Origin: an uncultured delta proteobacterium
GTDB taxonomy: Bacteria > Myxococcota > Myxococcia > Myxococcales > Myxococcaceae
Direction: 5' to 3'
Length of the DNA stretch: 64,000 nt
NCBI GenBank assembly: GCA_963776345.1
Contig: CAVZMH010000018.1
Location: 96,001 to 160,000, forward strand
The notes under the pieces are model-generated. The model worked only from the letters and a program-made list of their open reading frames with translations, was not told the origin of the DNA and ran no database searches. Both the position numbers and the translations under genes were made by a program. Of this stretch, positions 34,279 to 44,737 are shown piece after piece (the stretch's first letter is position 1; the number at the start of each line of letters is the position of its first letter).

Positions 34279-35712
34279 TCAGCGACTGGACGGACCCTGC
34301 TGCTGCAACTGGGCAGGAAAGCGCCCGGCTGCCGCGAGGAGATCTAACGCGGCCTGGCGCTGGTTGTCCTCGGCGATGACGGCGATGGTCTCCGCGTCGC
34401 GGGCGCGCCGCTGCGCGTCGATGAGCTCAAGGTTGGTGCTCGCCCCCGCGCGGTAGGCCACGTCGGCGAGGTTCATCGCGTCGTTCGCCAGCCGGGCGCT
34501 GTTCCGGGCGCGCTCCACCGCGGCGGCGGTGCGCTCCACGTTGTCCATCGAGGCCCGGACGTCCGAGTTCGCCTGGGCCAGCGCCGCCTCGAACTGGATG
34601 CGCGCCTGGGCCAGCGCCGCGTCGCGCTGGTGCGTGCGCCCGTAGCGTGCCCCGCCGTCGTACAGGTACCAGGTCAGGACCGCCTGCACCTGCCAGCCCG
34701 TCGCGGGCAGGGTGAGGGACGAGGGGTCCTGGTAGAACGGCTGCCCGAAGAGGGTGATGTTGGGGAGGTACTCGGTCCAGCTCAGGTTCAGCGAGCGGTC
34801 GGCGGCCTTCCGCTGCTGGGTGTAGAACAGGACGTCCGCGCGGTAGGGCACCTCCTCCAGCGCCTGGTCGAGCGAGGGCGGCCCAGGGATGTCCGGGATC
34901 TCCTCCACGTCCACCGGCGCCGTCTCCCCGAGCAGGATGCCCAGCGCCTCCTGGCTCCGGTAGAGGTTCGCGTAGCTGGTCTGGAGGATGGCCTCGTTCG
35001 CCTCCAGATCCTGGCCGGCGCGCGCCCAGTCGATGCGGTTCCCGATGCCGCCGCGCAGCCGGGCGTCGGCGTAGTCCATGTGCGCGCGGGAGTTGTCCCG
35101 GGCCTGGCGGTTCACGTCCACCTGGCGCTTCTGGGCGAAGATGGAGAGGTACGCCCGCGCGACGGTGATCGCCACCGTCCGCTGCACGTCGCGCTCGGAG
35201 GCCCTGGTGGTGTCCAGCTGGTCCGCGGCGCGCGACCAGTTGGCCCAGGCCTGGGGAGCGATGATGGGGATGGCGAGGGTGCCGGTGATGTTGATCGAGT
35301 CCTTGCTCGCCACCACGAAGCTGTCCGTCCCTCCGTCCGCCCCGCTGGTCTGGAAGGTCCGGTCCTTGTCCAGCCGAGTGTAGGTCGCGTTCACGCTCAG
35401 CGTGGGCAGCGACGCCGAGCGGACCTCCTCCATCAGGCCGCCGACCCGCCGGATCTCCTCCGCCGCCACGCGGGCGTTGGGGTTGCGCTGGAGCGCCTGG
35501 TCCACCGCCTCGCGGAAGCCGACCCTCCGCGCCACCGGCCGGACCGCATCCGGCGCCATCGCGGTGGGCGGGGTGCTTCCGGCATCCACGCTCAGGAGCG
35601 GGGTGGCGGAACGCTCCTGCCCGGTGGCGGATGCGGTCAGCAGGAGCAAGAGCACGAGCGACAGACCCGGCGCGGGGCGGCGGGCGCGGTGTTGGTTCCG
35701 AGGTGCACTCAC
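34279..35712 (-). CDS. TolC family outer membrane efflux protein
   Basis: Signal peptide, ALQRNP, two OEP repeats, [15 protein letters not shown]. Confidence 0.9.
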   Translation of the reverse strand: MSAPRNQHRARRPAPGLSLVLLLLLTASATGQERSATPLLSVDAGSTPPTAMAPDAVRPVARRVGFREAVDQALQRNPNARVAAEEIRRVGGLMEEVRSASLPTLSVNATYTRLDKDRTFQTSGADGGTDSFVVASKDSINITGTLAIPIIAPQAWANWSRAADQLDTTRASERDVQRTVAITVARAYLSIFAQKRQVDVNRQARDNSRAHMDYADARLRGGIGNRIDWARAGQDLEANEAILQTSYANLYRSQEALGILLGETAPVDVEEIPDIPGPPSLDQALEEVPYRADVLFYTQQRKAADRSLNLSWTEYLPNITLFGQPFYQDPSSLTLPATGWQVQAVLTWYLYDGGARYGRTHQRDAALAQARIQFEAALAQANSDVRASMDNVERTAAAVERARNSARLANDAMNLADVAYRAGASTNLELIDAQRRARDAETIAVIAEDNQRQAALDLLAAAGRFPAQLQQQGPSSR

Positions 35713-35887
35713 CGGTTCGGACTCCTCGAAGGTCCCGTGGGGGTGAAACTGCGGCGCAGGCGTATAGCGCGGGCCCCCGGCATTCGCCTGCCGAAGTGGG
35801 AGGCCGCTCCCGGAAAACCACCCCGGGGCCCTCCCGGCGCTGGACAGGCCCCGGAGAGGACGGTACGAGCGTGGCAGCCCCATCCCG

Positions 35888-36388
35888 ATGCGCTCTCGGT
35901 CCCGGTCAGAGCAGGTGGTCGATCGCGAGACGGCGGAGCTGGTCCGGCTCGTCGGGCAGACCCGGCGCCGGCTGTGGATCGCCGCCGCGCGGGCGCTGAC
36001 GGCCCGGGGCGAGTCGGTGGTGGCCTGGTCGCTGGTGAACCGCCTGGCCGAGCTCGGGCCGCTGACCCAGCGGGAGCTCGCGGACGCCTCGGCGCAGCAC
36101 CCGGCGGGCGTGTCGCGTCAGCTCGACGAGCTGGAGCGGAAGGGGCTCACCACCCGGGGGGCCGACCCCGCCGATCGCCGCAGGCACCGGGTGGAGCTCA
36201 CCGCCGCCGGCCAGCGCTGGTACCGCCAGATGCGGCCGCTGGTGGACCGGGCCACCGCGCCCGTGCTCGCCGTGCTCCGCCTCTCCGAGCGGCGCGCCCT
36301 CGCCGCGGCGCTGCGCCGCGTGGTGGCGGAGCCGGAGCCGCTCGGCGCTCCTCGAGCGCGCGGAGGGCGGTCCGGAGGCAGACCATGA
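35888..36388 (+). CDS. MarR family transcriptional regulator
   Basis: GPLTQRELA...[20 protein letters not shown]...LT..G. Confidence 0.9.
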   Translation: MRSRSRSEQVVDRETAELVRLVGQTRRRLWIAAARALTARGESVVAWSLVNRLAELGPLTQRELADASAQHPAGVSRQLDELERKGLTTRGADPADRRRHRVELTAAGQRWYRQMRPLVDRATAPVLAVLRLSERRALAAALRRVVAEPEPLGAPRARGGRSGGRP

Positions 36389-36750
36389 GCAGCCGCGCCC
36401 CGCTGACCACCCTCACCACGCTCCCCCTGGACCGGGTGACCACCACCTTCGAGCTCCCCGGCCACCGGGTGGTGCGGAGCCTCGGGGTGGTGCGGGGCAT
36501 CGTGGTGCGGTCCCGCAACATCGTCGGCACGTTCGTCGCCGGGCTGCAGACGCTCTTCGGCGGGAACATCACCCTGTGGACCGAGATGTGCGAGCAGGCC
36601 CGGCGCGAGGCCTTCGAGCTGATGGCCCTGCACGCCCGGCAGATCGGCGCCAACGCGGTGATCGGGGCCCGCTACGACGCGACGGAGATCTCCGCCGGAG
36701 TGACCGAGGTGCTCTGCTACGGGACCGCGGTGGTGGTCGAGCCGGTCTAG
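36385..36750 (+). CDS. YbjQ/UPF0145 family protein
   Basis: [44 protein letters not shown]. Confidence 0.92.
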   Translation: MSSRAPLTTLTTLPLDRVTTTFELPGHRVVRSLGVVRGIVVRSRNIVGTFVAGLQTLFGGNITLWTEMCEQARREAFELMALHARQIGANAVIGARYDATEISAGVTEVLCYGTAVVVEPV

Positions 36751-36753
36751 CCC

Positions 36754-37110
36754 TCAGCGGAGCCGGTCCCAGTTCCAGGCGCCGGCCGCCGCCACCAGCG
36801 CGGGGGGCAACAGGGCGCAGAGCGCCCACCGTCCGACCACCAGCAGAACCGCGGTGTGGATGACCGCGAGCCCCAGGAACCCGAACAGGCCCGCCCTTCG
36901 CCCGCGCCAGAGCAGGACCAGGCAGGCGATCTCTACGACTGCGATCGCGGCCACCACGCCGTTGACCCAGGGCGTGGAGGCGAACAGCTCCCGGTTCTGC
37001 CGCGAGAAGGCGAAGGCGAAGCCCTGCAGGTCGGCGAGCCCGGCGAACGCACAGGCGACGGTGAGGAAGATGGAGACTGGCCGCCGCGCCGGTGCTTGGG
37101 GCTCGGTCAC
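36754..37110 (-). CDS. Hypothetical membrane protein
   Basis: About 4 hydrophobic segments; start overlaps the stop of the MBL gene. Confidence 0.65.
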   Translation of the reverse strand: MTEPQAPARRPVSIFLTVACAFAGLADLQGFAFAFSRQNRELFASTPWVNGVVAAIAVVEIACLVLLWRGRRAGLFGFLGLAVIHTAVLLVVGRWALCALLPPALVAAAGAWNWDRLR

Positions 37111-38018
37111 TTCGGCCCCGTGGTCTTCGCCTCGGTCAGGCTCCGGTGGACGAAGCCCACGAAGACGTCCGGCTTCATGAAGCCCTTGCCCCAGGTGGCG
37201 TCCCACTGCGCGGTGGGCTTGGCCGCGATCACCTGGTCCAGCGTCTTGCCCTGGGCGATCAGAGCCTTCACCCGGTCCCGGATCCCGACCAGCATCTCGC
37301 GGTAGGCCTGCAGATCCGCCTTGGTCCCCAGCGGCCCGTGGCCGGGGATGAGCTTGGTGCCCGCGTCGATGCTGGCCAGCACCTTGTCCGCGGCGGCGAT
37401 GACTCCGTCGATCGAGCCGCCGCTGTCCACGTCGATGAAGGGGTACGTGCCATTGAAGAAGGTGTCGCCCATGTGGACCACGTTGGCCTTCCGGAACCGG
37501 ATGATGGAATCGCCATCGGTGTGCGCCCGGGCGACGTGGGTGACCTCGAGCTCGTCGCCGTTCAGGTACAGGGTGACGCCGTCGGCATAGGTCACCAGGG
37601 GCCACGCCGCGGGCGGCGCCGGCGGGGTCCGCTCCTTGGTCCGGGGGTTGACCCGCTCCACCCCCAGCCGCTTCCGGACGTTCTCCTGGGCGAGGATGAC
37701 CGCGCCGGCCTCGCCGAGCTGGGCGTTGCCCCCGGTGTGGTCCCCGTGGAAGTGGGTGTTGACCACGAAGCGGATCGGCCCGTCGCCGAGGGTCTTCACC
37801 GCGGCGCGGATCTTTGGAAGGAGCGGCGCGAACTGGTCGTCGACGAGGAAGACCCCGTCCTTGCCGGTGGTCACGGCGATGTTCCCCCCCTCGCCGACGA
37901 GCATGGAGACCCCGCCGGCCAGCGGCACCACCTTCACCTCCACCTTGCTCCAGTCCGTCTCCTCGGCCAGCGCGACCGAGGTGAGCACCAGCGAGGCCGC
38001 GAGCACGCACCGCTTCAT
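37107..38018 (-). CDS. Secreted MBL-fold metallo-hydrolase (cyclase/glyoxalase-II-like)
   Basis: Signal peptide, THFHGDHTGGN, AHTDGD, HMGD, IPGHG. Confidence 0.9.
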   Translation of the reverse strand: MKRCVLAASLVLTSVALAEETDWSKVEVKVVPLAGGVSMLVGEGGNIAVTTGKDGVFLVDDQFAPLLPKIRAAVKTLGDGPIRFVVNTHFHGDHTGGNAQLGEAGAVILAQENVRKRLGVERVNPRTKERTPPAPPAAWPLVTYADGVTLYLNGDELEVTHVARAHTDGDSIIRFRKANVVHMGDTFFNGTYPFIDVDSGGSIDGVIAAADKVLASIDAGTKLIPGHGPLGTKADLQAYREMLVGIRDRVKALIAQGKTLDQVIAAKPTAQWDATWGKGFMKPDVFVGFVHRSLTEAKTTGPK

Positions 38019-38192
38019 GGGACCGCCCTCCCGGGGGAAAGGTCCTGCTCCATAGCCCAGGAACACGTCCGGCCGGGAGCCGTCGTGCAGCCGGTGGAGC
38101 GTCGCGGGCGGCGTGGCCGGTCGCGCCTGCCTCGGGCAGACTCCCTCCGCCGCGCGGGGCCTCGTGACGGGGCCGGCGGCAGGAGGCGGACG

Positions 38193-38975
38193 ATGCGACT
38201 CTCCGGGCGGGCGGTGCTGGTGACGGGCGGCGGCGGAGGGCTGGGCCGGGCGATGGCCGAGGGCTTCGCCCGCGAGGGCGCGGCGGTGGTGGTGACCGAC
38301 GTGAACCTCGACGGCGCCCGGGCGGTGGCGAAGGGCATCGAGGAGCGGGGCGGGCGGGCCCTGGCGCTCCCCATGGACGTGACCTCCGAGGAGCAGGTGG
38401 AGTCGGGCCTGGGCGAGGCGGTGCGCGCGCTCGGGGCGCTGGACGTGGCGGTGAGCAACGCCGGGGTGCAGCACATCGCGCCCATCACCGACTTCGCGCT
38501 CGCCGACTGGCGCCGGGTGCTCTCCATCCACCTCGACGGCGGCTTCCTCCTCACCCGCGCGGCGATGCGCCACTGGCAGGCGGCAGGGAAGGGCGGGCTG
38601 CTTCTCTACATGGGGAGCGTCCACAGCCTGGAGGCCTCGCCGTTCAAGTCCGCCTATGTCGCCGCCAAGCACGGGCTGCTCGGCCTGGCCCGCGCCGCGG
38701 CGAAGGAGGGCGCGAGGATCGGCGTCCGCACCAACGTCATCTGCCCCGGCTTCGTCCGCACCCCGCTGGTGGAGAAGCAGATCCCCGAGCAGGCGAAGAC
38801 GCTGGGCATCAGCGAGGACGAGGTGGTGAAGAAGGTGATGCTCGGGAACACGGTGGACGGCGAGTTCACCACGCTGGAGGACATCGCCCAGCTGGCCATC
38901 GACCTCGCCGCCTTCCCCAGCGCGGCGCTCACCGGCCAGCTGATGGTGGCCAGCCACGGCTGGCACATGCACTAG
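38193..38975 (+). CDS. 3-hydroxybutyrate dehydrogenase (SDR)
   Basis: TGGGGGLG, NAGVQH, SVHS..ASPFKSAYVAAKHG, CPGFVRTPLVEKQIP. Confidence 0.9.
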   Translation: MRLSGRAVLVTGGGGGLGRAMAEGFAREGAAVVVTDVNLDGARAVAKGIEERGGRALALPMDVTSEEQVESGLGEAVRALGALDVAVSNAGVQHIAPITDFALADWRRVLSIHLDGGFLLTRAAMRHWQAAGKGGLLLYMGSVHSLEASPFKSAYVAAKHGLLGLARAAAKEGARIGVRTNVICPGFVRTPLVEKQIPEQAKTLGISEDEVVKKVMLGNTVDGEFTTLEDIAQLAIDLAAFPSAALTGQLMVASHGWHMH

Positions 38976-38996
38976 ACGGGGGGATCCGGCACCCCC

Positions 38997-39794
38997 TCAT
39001 CGCTCGGCGGAGGCGGCCGGCGGGGGCGGGCTGATCGAGACGATCGCCTTGACGATCCACTTCTCGGGCCCGACGAAGCCGTAGCCCACCCCGAGGTTGA
39101 TGCCCACGATGCCCGCGGTGATGTCGGTCACCGCGAACAGCCGGTGCGTCTGCTCCGACGCCGGGAGGAAGTCCCCGATGACGCCGAAGCTCGAGTACTC
39201 CTCGAGCCCCAGCGCCAGGGGCCGGGCGACGTCCACGCTGACCTTGAACGCCGGCTCGAACACCGGCTTCCACGCCTCGGGCCCGGCGAAGGAGAAGGAG
39301 ACGATGGGATTCGCGACGAGGTACAGCGGACCCCACCGCGCGTCGATGACCGGGCGGAGCTCGCCCGCCCCAGCCCGCCGCCTCGTAGCGCTTGCTCACC
39401 CGGGCGAGCTCGACGTTGAGGGCGAGCCGGAAGGCTCCGAGCTGCTCGGGCAAGCGCCACTTGCTCCGGAGCTTGATGCCACCGGTGTCCCAGCCGCCGT
39501 CGGGCCGCAGCGCGAACTGCAGGTAGATCCCCATCTCCCACCAGTCCGTCAGCCCCGAGGTGCGGCTCGAAGGTGAGATGGGTCAGGTGGTCCGTCGGCA
39601 CCTCGCCCTCGGGGGAGGGCGTCGTGGTCCCCTCGAGGAAGTGGTTGAGGTGAATCTCCAGGCCCGGCTCGCCGGGCCCGCGCCGTCTCGGCGTCGTAGA
39701 CCTGGATCTCGAACGCGTCCTGGGCCGCCACGGGCCCGCTGGCCACGAGCGCGGAGGCGACGAGCAGGGAGCGGAGGCCGTGGGCTCGGGTCAC
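38997..39794 (-). CDS. Putative secreted/outer-membrane beta-strand protein (three apparent frameshifts)
   Basis: Fragments in different frames join to signal peptide-AQDAFEIQVYD..LEIHLNH..THLTFEPHLGLTDWWEMGIY..ELRPVID..LGLEEYSSFG..INLGVGYGF. Confidence 0.65.
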
Positions 39795-39845
39795 GGGAGC
39801 GGCGAGCCTACCCCGCGGCCACCCCACGCCCGAGGCCCATCGGGG

Positions 39846-41525
39846 TCAGCCCGCCGCGCTCGACCCTGCCAGCACCCGGTGCACCAGCTGGATCGAGATG
39901 CTGCCCTCGCCCACCGCCGAGGCGACCCGCTTCACGTTGCCCGCCCGGACGTCCCCCACCGCGAAGATGCCGGGCCGGGAGGTCTCGAGCAGGAGCGGAG
40001 GACGCGACAGCGGCCAGCCGGTGCTCGCCAGATCCTCGGGCGCGAGGTCCTGGCCGGTCTTCACGAAGCCCTTGTCGTCGAGCGCCACGCAGCCGCCCAG
40101 CCAGGCGGTGTTCGGCGTCGCCCCCATCATGCAGAAGACGTGGCGTACCGGGCGGTCCTCGGTCTCGCCGGTGGTGTCGTTCCGCCAGCGCACCGCCTCG
40201 AGCTCGCCGTTGCCCATGAGCCCGACGATCTCGGTGCCGGTGCGCACGGTGATGGCCGGGCTCTCCTCGATGCGGCGGATGAGGTACCGGGACATGGTCT
40301 CGGCGAGCCCCCCCGAGCGCACGAGCATGTGCACGTGGCGGGCGGTGCCCGAGAGGTACACCGCCGCTTGCCCCGCGGAGTTGCCTCCCCCGACGACGAT
40401 GACCTCCTCGCCCTCACAGAGCTGGGCCTCGATGAAGGTGGCGCCGTAGTAGACGCCGGCGTTCTCGAACCGGCCGAGGTTGGGCACCTCGAGCTTCCGG
40501 TACCGGGCCCCGCTCGCCACCACCACCGCCCGGGCGCGCACCCGCTCGCCGTTCTCCAGCTCGACCACGTACGGGTGCCCGCCACAATCCAGCCGACTCG
40601 CGGTGCGGGCGATCGCCACGTCGGCCCCGAACTTCTGGGCCTGGGTGAACGCCCGTCCGGCCAGGGCCTGACCCGAGATGCCGGTGGGGAACCCGAGATA
40701 GTTCTCGATCTTCGAGCTGGAGCCGGCCTGTCCGCCGGGGGCATTGGCCTCCAGCACCAGCACGTCCAGCCCCTCGCTGGCCGCGTAGACCGCCGCGGAC
40801 AGCCCGGCCGGGCCGCCCCCCACCACCACCACGTCGCGGACCGCGTCGGTCGCGATGCCGACGTTGAAGCCCAGGCACTCGGCCACCTCGGCGTCGCTCG
40901 GGGCCTTGAGCACGCGGGTCCCCCGGCAGATCAAGACCGGGATGTCCGCAGTCCCGAGCTCGAACCGCTCGAGGATGGCTTGCCCGCCCTCGTCGCGGTC
41001 GACATCCAGGTAGGCGTACGGGTGGGCGTTGCGGGTGAGGAATTCGCTGATCCTGAGCGTGCCCGCGTCGTGGCGCGCGCCCACCAGAATCACGTCCCCC
41101 CAGTGGTGGCTGATCAGGGCCACCCGCCGGAGGATGAAGGCCCGCATCAACAGCTCGCTCAGCTCGGCGTCGGTCACCACCAGTTGCCGGAGCCCGGAGG
41201 GAGCGATGTCCACCACCTCGCCGTCCCCGTTGCTCCGGGCGGTCGACAGCGCTCGCCGGCCGGAGAGCATGGCGGTCTCCCCGCTGAACTCCCCGGCCTG
41301 GTGGCGGACGATGAGCCGCTCCCCCGCGCCGTCGGGCTGGACGATGTCCAGTGCGCCCTGGAGGACGACGAAGAAGTGCACCCCCTCGTCACCCTGCCGG
41401 AAGAGGACCTCGCCGTCCCGGACCCGGCGCCGGGTGCCGTACTGCACCACCCGCTGGAGCTGCGCGTCGGTCAGGCGGGGGAAGAGCTGCTCCCGTCGCT
41501 CCACCGCGATCGGCGTCTCGGCCAT
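39846..41525 (-). CDS. cNMP-binding domain + thioredoxin-reductase-like FAD oxidoreductase
   Basis: FPRLT..LFRQGD..GEFSGE, then VVGGGPAGL, SSKIENYLGFP, VGGGNSAGQAA, LETSRPGIFAVGDVR. Confidence 0.9.
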   Translation of the reverse strand: MAETPIAVERREQLFPRLTDAQLQRVVQYGTRRRVRDGEVLFRQGDEGVHFFVVLQGALDIVQPDGAGERLIVRHQAGEFSGETAMLSGRRALSTARSNGDGEVVDIAPSGLRQLVVTDAELSELLMRAFILRRVALISHHWGDVILVGARHDAGTLRISEFLTRNAHPYAYLDVDRDEGGQAILERFELGTADIPVLICRGTRVLKAPSDAEVAECLGFNVGIATDAVRDVVVVGGGPAGLSAAVYAASEGLDVLVLEANAPGGQAGSSSKIENYLGFPTGISGQALAGRAFTQAQKFGADVAIARTASRLDCGGHPYVVELENGERVRARAVVVASGARYRKLEVPNLGRFENAGVYYGATFIEAQLCEGEEVIVVGGGNSAGQAAVYLSGTARHVHMLVRSGGLAETMSRYLIRRIEESPAITVRTGTEIVGLMGNGELEAVRWRNDTTGETEDRPVRHVFCMMGATPNTAWLGGCVALDDKGFVKTGQDLAPEDLASTGWPLSRPPLLLETSRPGIFAVGDVRAGNVKRVASAVGEGSISIQLVHRVLAGSSAAG

Positions 41526-41584
41526 GGTCGGCGACTGTTCACCCGCCGCCAGGCCCGGTGCAACCCAAACCGGGCCGGGGGAGG

Positions 41585-44500
41585 CTATCCGGCAATGGCC
41601 GGCACGCTGACGGGCGGCGCCTCGGGCTCGCGGCGGCTCGAGAACCGGTCCATCAAGAGATAAATGACCGGTGTGGTGTAGAGCGTCAGAAGCTGGCTCA
41701 GGAGCAGCCCGCCCACCACGCTGATGCCCAGCGGCTTGCGCAGCTCCGAGCCCAGGCCCGATCCGAGCGCCAGGGGGAGCGCCCCGAAGAGCGCGGCCAG
41801 GGTGGTCATGAGGATGGGCCGGAAGCGCAGCTCGGAGGCCTTGAGGATGGCGTCCCGGGTGGACAGCCCCTCGCTCCGCTCGGCCTCCACCGCGAAGTCC
41901 ACCATCATGATCGCGTTCTTCTTCACGATGCCGATGAGGAGGATGATCCCGATCAGCGCCACGATGCTCAGGTCCGTCCCGGTCAGCATCAGCGCCAGCA
42001 GCGCTCCCACGCCGGCGGTGGGCAACGTGGAGAGGATGGTCACCGGGTGCACGTAGCTCTCGTAGAGCACGCCCAGCACGATGTAGACCGCCAGGAGCGC
42101 CAGGAGGATGAGCACCGGCTGGCTGGACAGCGACTGCTGGAAGGCCTGCGCCGTTCCGGTGAAGCCGCCCTGCACGCTGGCCGGCAGCCGGATCTCGCGC
42201 TCGGCCTGCTGCACTGCCGTCACCGCGTCGCTCAGTGACTTCCCGGGTGCAAGGTTGAAGGAGAGCGTCACCGAGGGGAACTGGCCCTGGTGGTTGATGG
42301 AGGTGGGGAGGTTGCCCCGGGAGACGGTGGTCAGGGCCGAGAGCGGCACCAGACCGCCGGAGCTCGAGCGGAGGTAGAGCTTCCTCAGGGTGTCCTCGTC
42401 CTCGAGGTACGCCGGGGTCACCTCCATCACCACCCGGTACTGGTTGGCCACCCCGTAGGTGACCGAGATCTGCCGCTGGCCGAAGGCGTCGTACAGCGCG
42501 TTGTCCACGTCCCGGACGCTCACCCCGAGGCGCGACGCGCTGTCCCGGTCGATGGAGAGGCGGAGCTCCAGGCCGGCCGACTGCTGGTCGGTGGCCACGT
42601 CGGTCAGCTCGGGCACGCGCTTCAGCCGCTCGAAGACCCGGGGCGCCCAGGTGTTGAGCTCGGTCAGGTCCGGATCCTGGATGGTGTACTGGTACTGCGT
42701 CCGGGCCAGCCGGCCTCCGACGCGTACGTCCTGGGCGGCCTGCATGAAGAGGTTGATCCCCACCAGCTTCGAGAGCTTGGGCCGGAGCCGGGCGATGATC
42801 TGGTCGGCGGTGGCCTTCCGGGGCGGCCGCGGCTTCAGGGTGACGAACAGCGAGCCGGTGTTCCCCGAGCCTCCGCCCGGCCCGCCGCCGATGAACGAGA
42901 CCACGCTGGCGACGTCCGGGTCCGCGCCCACGATCGTGTTCACCGCGACCTGCCGGTCCTTCATCGCCAGATAGCTCACGTCCTGCGGCGCCTCGCTGAA
43001 CCCGACGAGCAGCCCGTTGTCCTGCTGGGGGAAGAGCCCCTTGGGGATGCGGGCGAAGAGGAGGACGGTGAGCGCGATGGCTCCGAGCACCACCCCCAGC
43101 GTCAGCCAGGCGTGGGACAGCACGACGCGCAGGGAGCGATCGTAGCCGGAGAAGAGGCCCCGGAAGGCGCGCTCCGACCAGCGGTACAGCCTGCCCCGGG
43201 GCCGCTCGGCCGCCGTCTGGAGCAGGCGGGACGCCATCATCGGGGTCACCGTCAGCGACACCACCGCCGATATGACGATGGCCACCGCCAGGGTGACCGC
43301 GAACTCCCGGAACAGCCGCCCGACGATCCCCCCCATCAGGAGGATGGGGATGAACACCGCCAGCAAGGAGACGGTGATCGAGACGATGGTGAAGCCGATC
43401 TCCCGCGCGCCCCGGAGCGCGGCCTCGAACGGGCGCATCCCCTCCTCGACGTACCGGGCGATGTTCTCGGTCACCACGATGGCGTCGTCCACCACGAAGC
43501 CGGTGGAGATGGTGAGCGCCATCAACGAGAGGTTGTTCAGGCTGTACCCCAGGAGCCACATCACCGCGAAGGTGCCGAGAATGGACAGCGGCACGGCCAC
43601 GCTGGGGATGGCGGTCGCCCGGGCGGACCGGAGGAAGAGGAATACCACCAGCGTCACCAGGACCACGCTCAGGAGCAGGGTGCGCTCCACGTCATTCACC
43701 GAGGCGCGGATGGTCTGGGTCCGGTCCGAGGCCACCTGGATATCGATGGCCGGAGAGACCGACGAGGCCAGCGAGGGGAGCAGTGCCTTGATCCGCTCCA
43801 CCGTCTCGATGATGTTCGCCCCCGGCTGCCGCCGGACGATGATCAGCACCGAGCGGACGCCGTTGGTCCACCCCGCCACCCGGGTGTTCTGGACGCTGTC
43901 CTCCACCGTCGCCACGTCGCCCAGCCGCACCGTCCCGGCGGGGGTCTGGAGCAGGAGAAGCTCCCGGTACTGGTCGGCCCGGAACAGCTGGTCGTTGGTG
44001 GCCAGGGTCGTGCTCTGCAGCTCTCCGCCCACGCTGCCGGTGGGCCGGTTCACCGAGGCGGAGGCCAGCACCGAGCGCACGTCCGCCAGGGTGAGGTTCA
44101 CGCCCGCCGCGGCCTCGGGGTCCACCTGCACCCGGACCGCCGGCTGCTGCCCGCCGCCGACGAAGACCTGCCCCACCCCCTCCACCTGGGAGATCTTCTG
44201 CGCCAGCACCGTGTCCGCCGCGTCGAAGACCTGTGGCAGCGGCAGGGTCGTCGAGGTGAGGGCGAGGATCATGATCGGCGTGTCGCTCGGGTTCACCTTC
44301 CGGTAGTTGGGGCGGAAGGGGAGGTTGGTCGGGAGGTCCGCCGAGGCGGCGTTGATCGCCGCCTGCACGTCACGGCCCGCAGCGTCCGGGTCGCGGTCGA
44401 GGTCGAACTGGAGGGTGATGGACGTCGACCCGAGCGAGCTGGTCGAGGTCATGTCGGTGAGGCCGGCGATGCGCCCCAGCCGGCGCTCCAGCGGCGTGGC

Positions 44501-44737
44501 CACCGCCGAGGACATGGTCTCGGGGCTCGCGCCGGGGAGGTTGGCGTTCACCGAGATGGTGGGCAGGTCCACCCGGGGCAGCGGCGCCACCGGGAGCTGG
44601 GTGTAGGCCACCGCGCCGAGGAGGAGCAGCGCGGCGGCCAGCAACGAGGTGCCGATGGGACGGCGGATGAACGGCTCGCTGATTCCCACCCAGGCGTGCT
44701 GCCCGGTGTGGGGCGTCGCTGTGCCTTCCGCGCTCAC
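41585..44737 (-). CDS. mdtC: RND efflux permease, MdtC-like
   Basis: SEPFIRRP, LPVAPLPRVD, GFVVDDAIV, GIVKKNAI, RFRPILMT; follows the MdtB-like gene. Confidence 0.88.
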   Translation of the reverse strand: MSAEGTATPHTGQHAWVGISEPFIRRPIGTSLLAAALLLLGAVAYTQLPVAPLPRVDLPTISVNANLPGASPETMSSAVATPLERRLGRIAGLTDMTSTSSLGSTSITLQFDLDRDPDAAGRDVQAAINAASADLPTNLPFRPNYRKVNPSDTPIMILALTSTTLPLPQVFDAADTVLAQKISQVEGVGQVFVGGGQQPAVRVQVDPEAAAGVNLTLADVRSVLASASVNRPTGSVGGELQSTTLATNDQLFRADQYRELLLLQTPAGTVRLGDVATVEDSVQNTRVAGWTNGVRSVLIIVRRQPGANIIETVERIKALLPSLASSVSPAIDIQVASDRTQTIRASVNDVERTLLLSVVLVTLVVFLFLRSARATAIPSVAVPLSILGTFAVMWLLGYSLNNLSLMALTISTGFVVDDAIVVTENIARYVEEGMRPFEAALRGAREIGFTIVSITVSLLAVFIPILLMGGIVGRLFREFAVTLAVAIVISAVVSLTVTPMMASRLLQTAAERPRGRLYRWSERAFRGLFSGYDRSLRVVLSHAWLTLGVVLGAIALTVLLFARIPKGLFPQQDNGLLVGFSEAPQDVSYLAMKDRQVAVNTIVGADPDVASVVSFIGGGPGGGSGNTGSLFVTLKPRPPRKATADQIIARLRPKLSKLVGINLFMQAAQDVRVGGRLARTQYQYTIQDPDLTELNTWAPRVFERLKRVPELTDVATDQQSAGLELRLSIDRDSASRLGVSVRDVDNALYDAFGQRQISVTYGVANQYRVVMEVTPAYLEDEDTLRKLYLRSSSGGLVPLSALTTVSRGNLPTSINHQGQFPSVTLSFNLAPGKSLSDAVTAVQQAEREIRLPASVQGGFTGTAQAFQQSLSSQPVLILLALLAVYIVLGVLYESYVHPVTILSTLPTAGVGALLALMLTGTDLSIVALIGIILLIGIVKKNAIMMVDFAVEAERSEGLSTRDAILKASELRFRPILMTTLAALFGALPLALGSGLGSELRKPLGISVVGGLLLSQLLTLYTTPVIYLLMDRFSSRREPEAPPVSVPAIAG

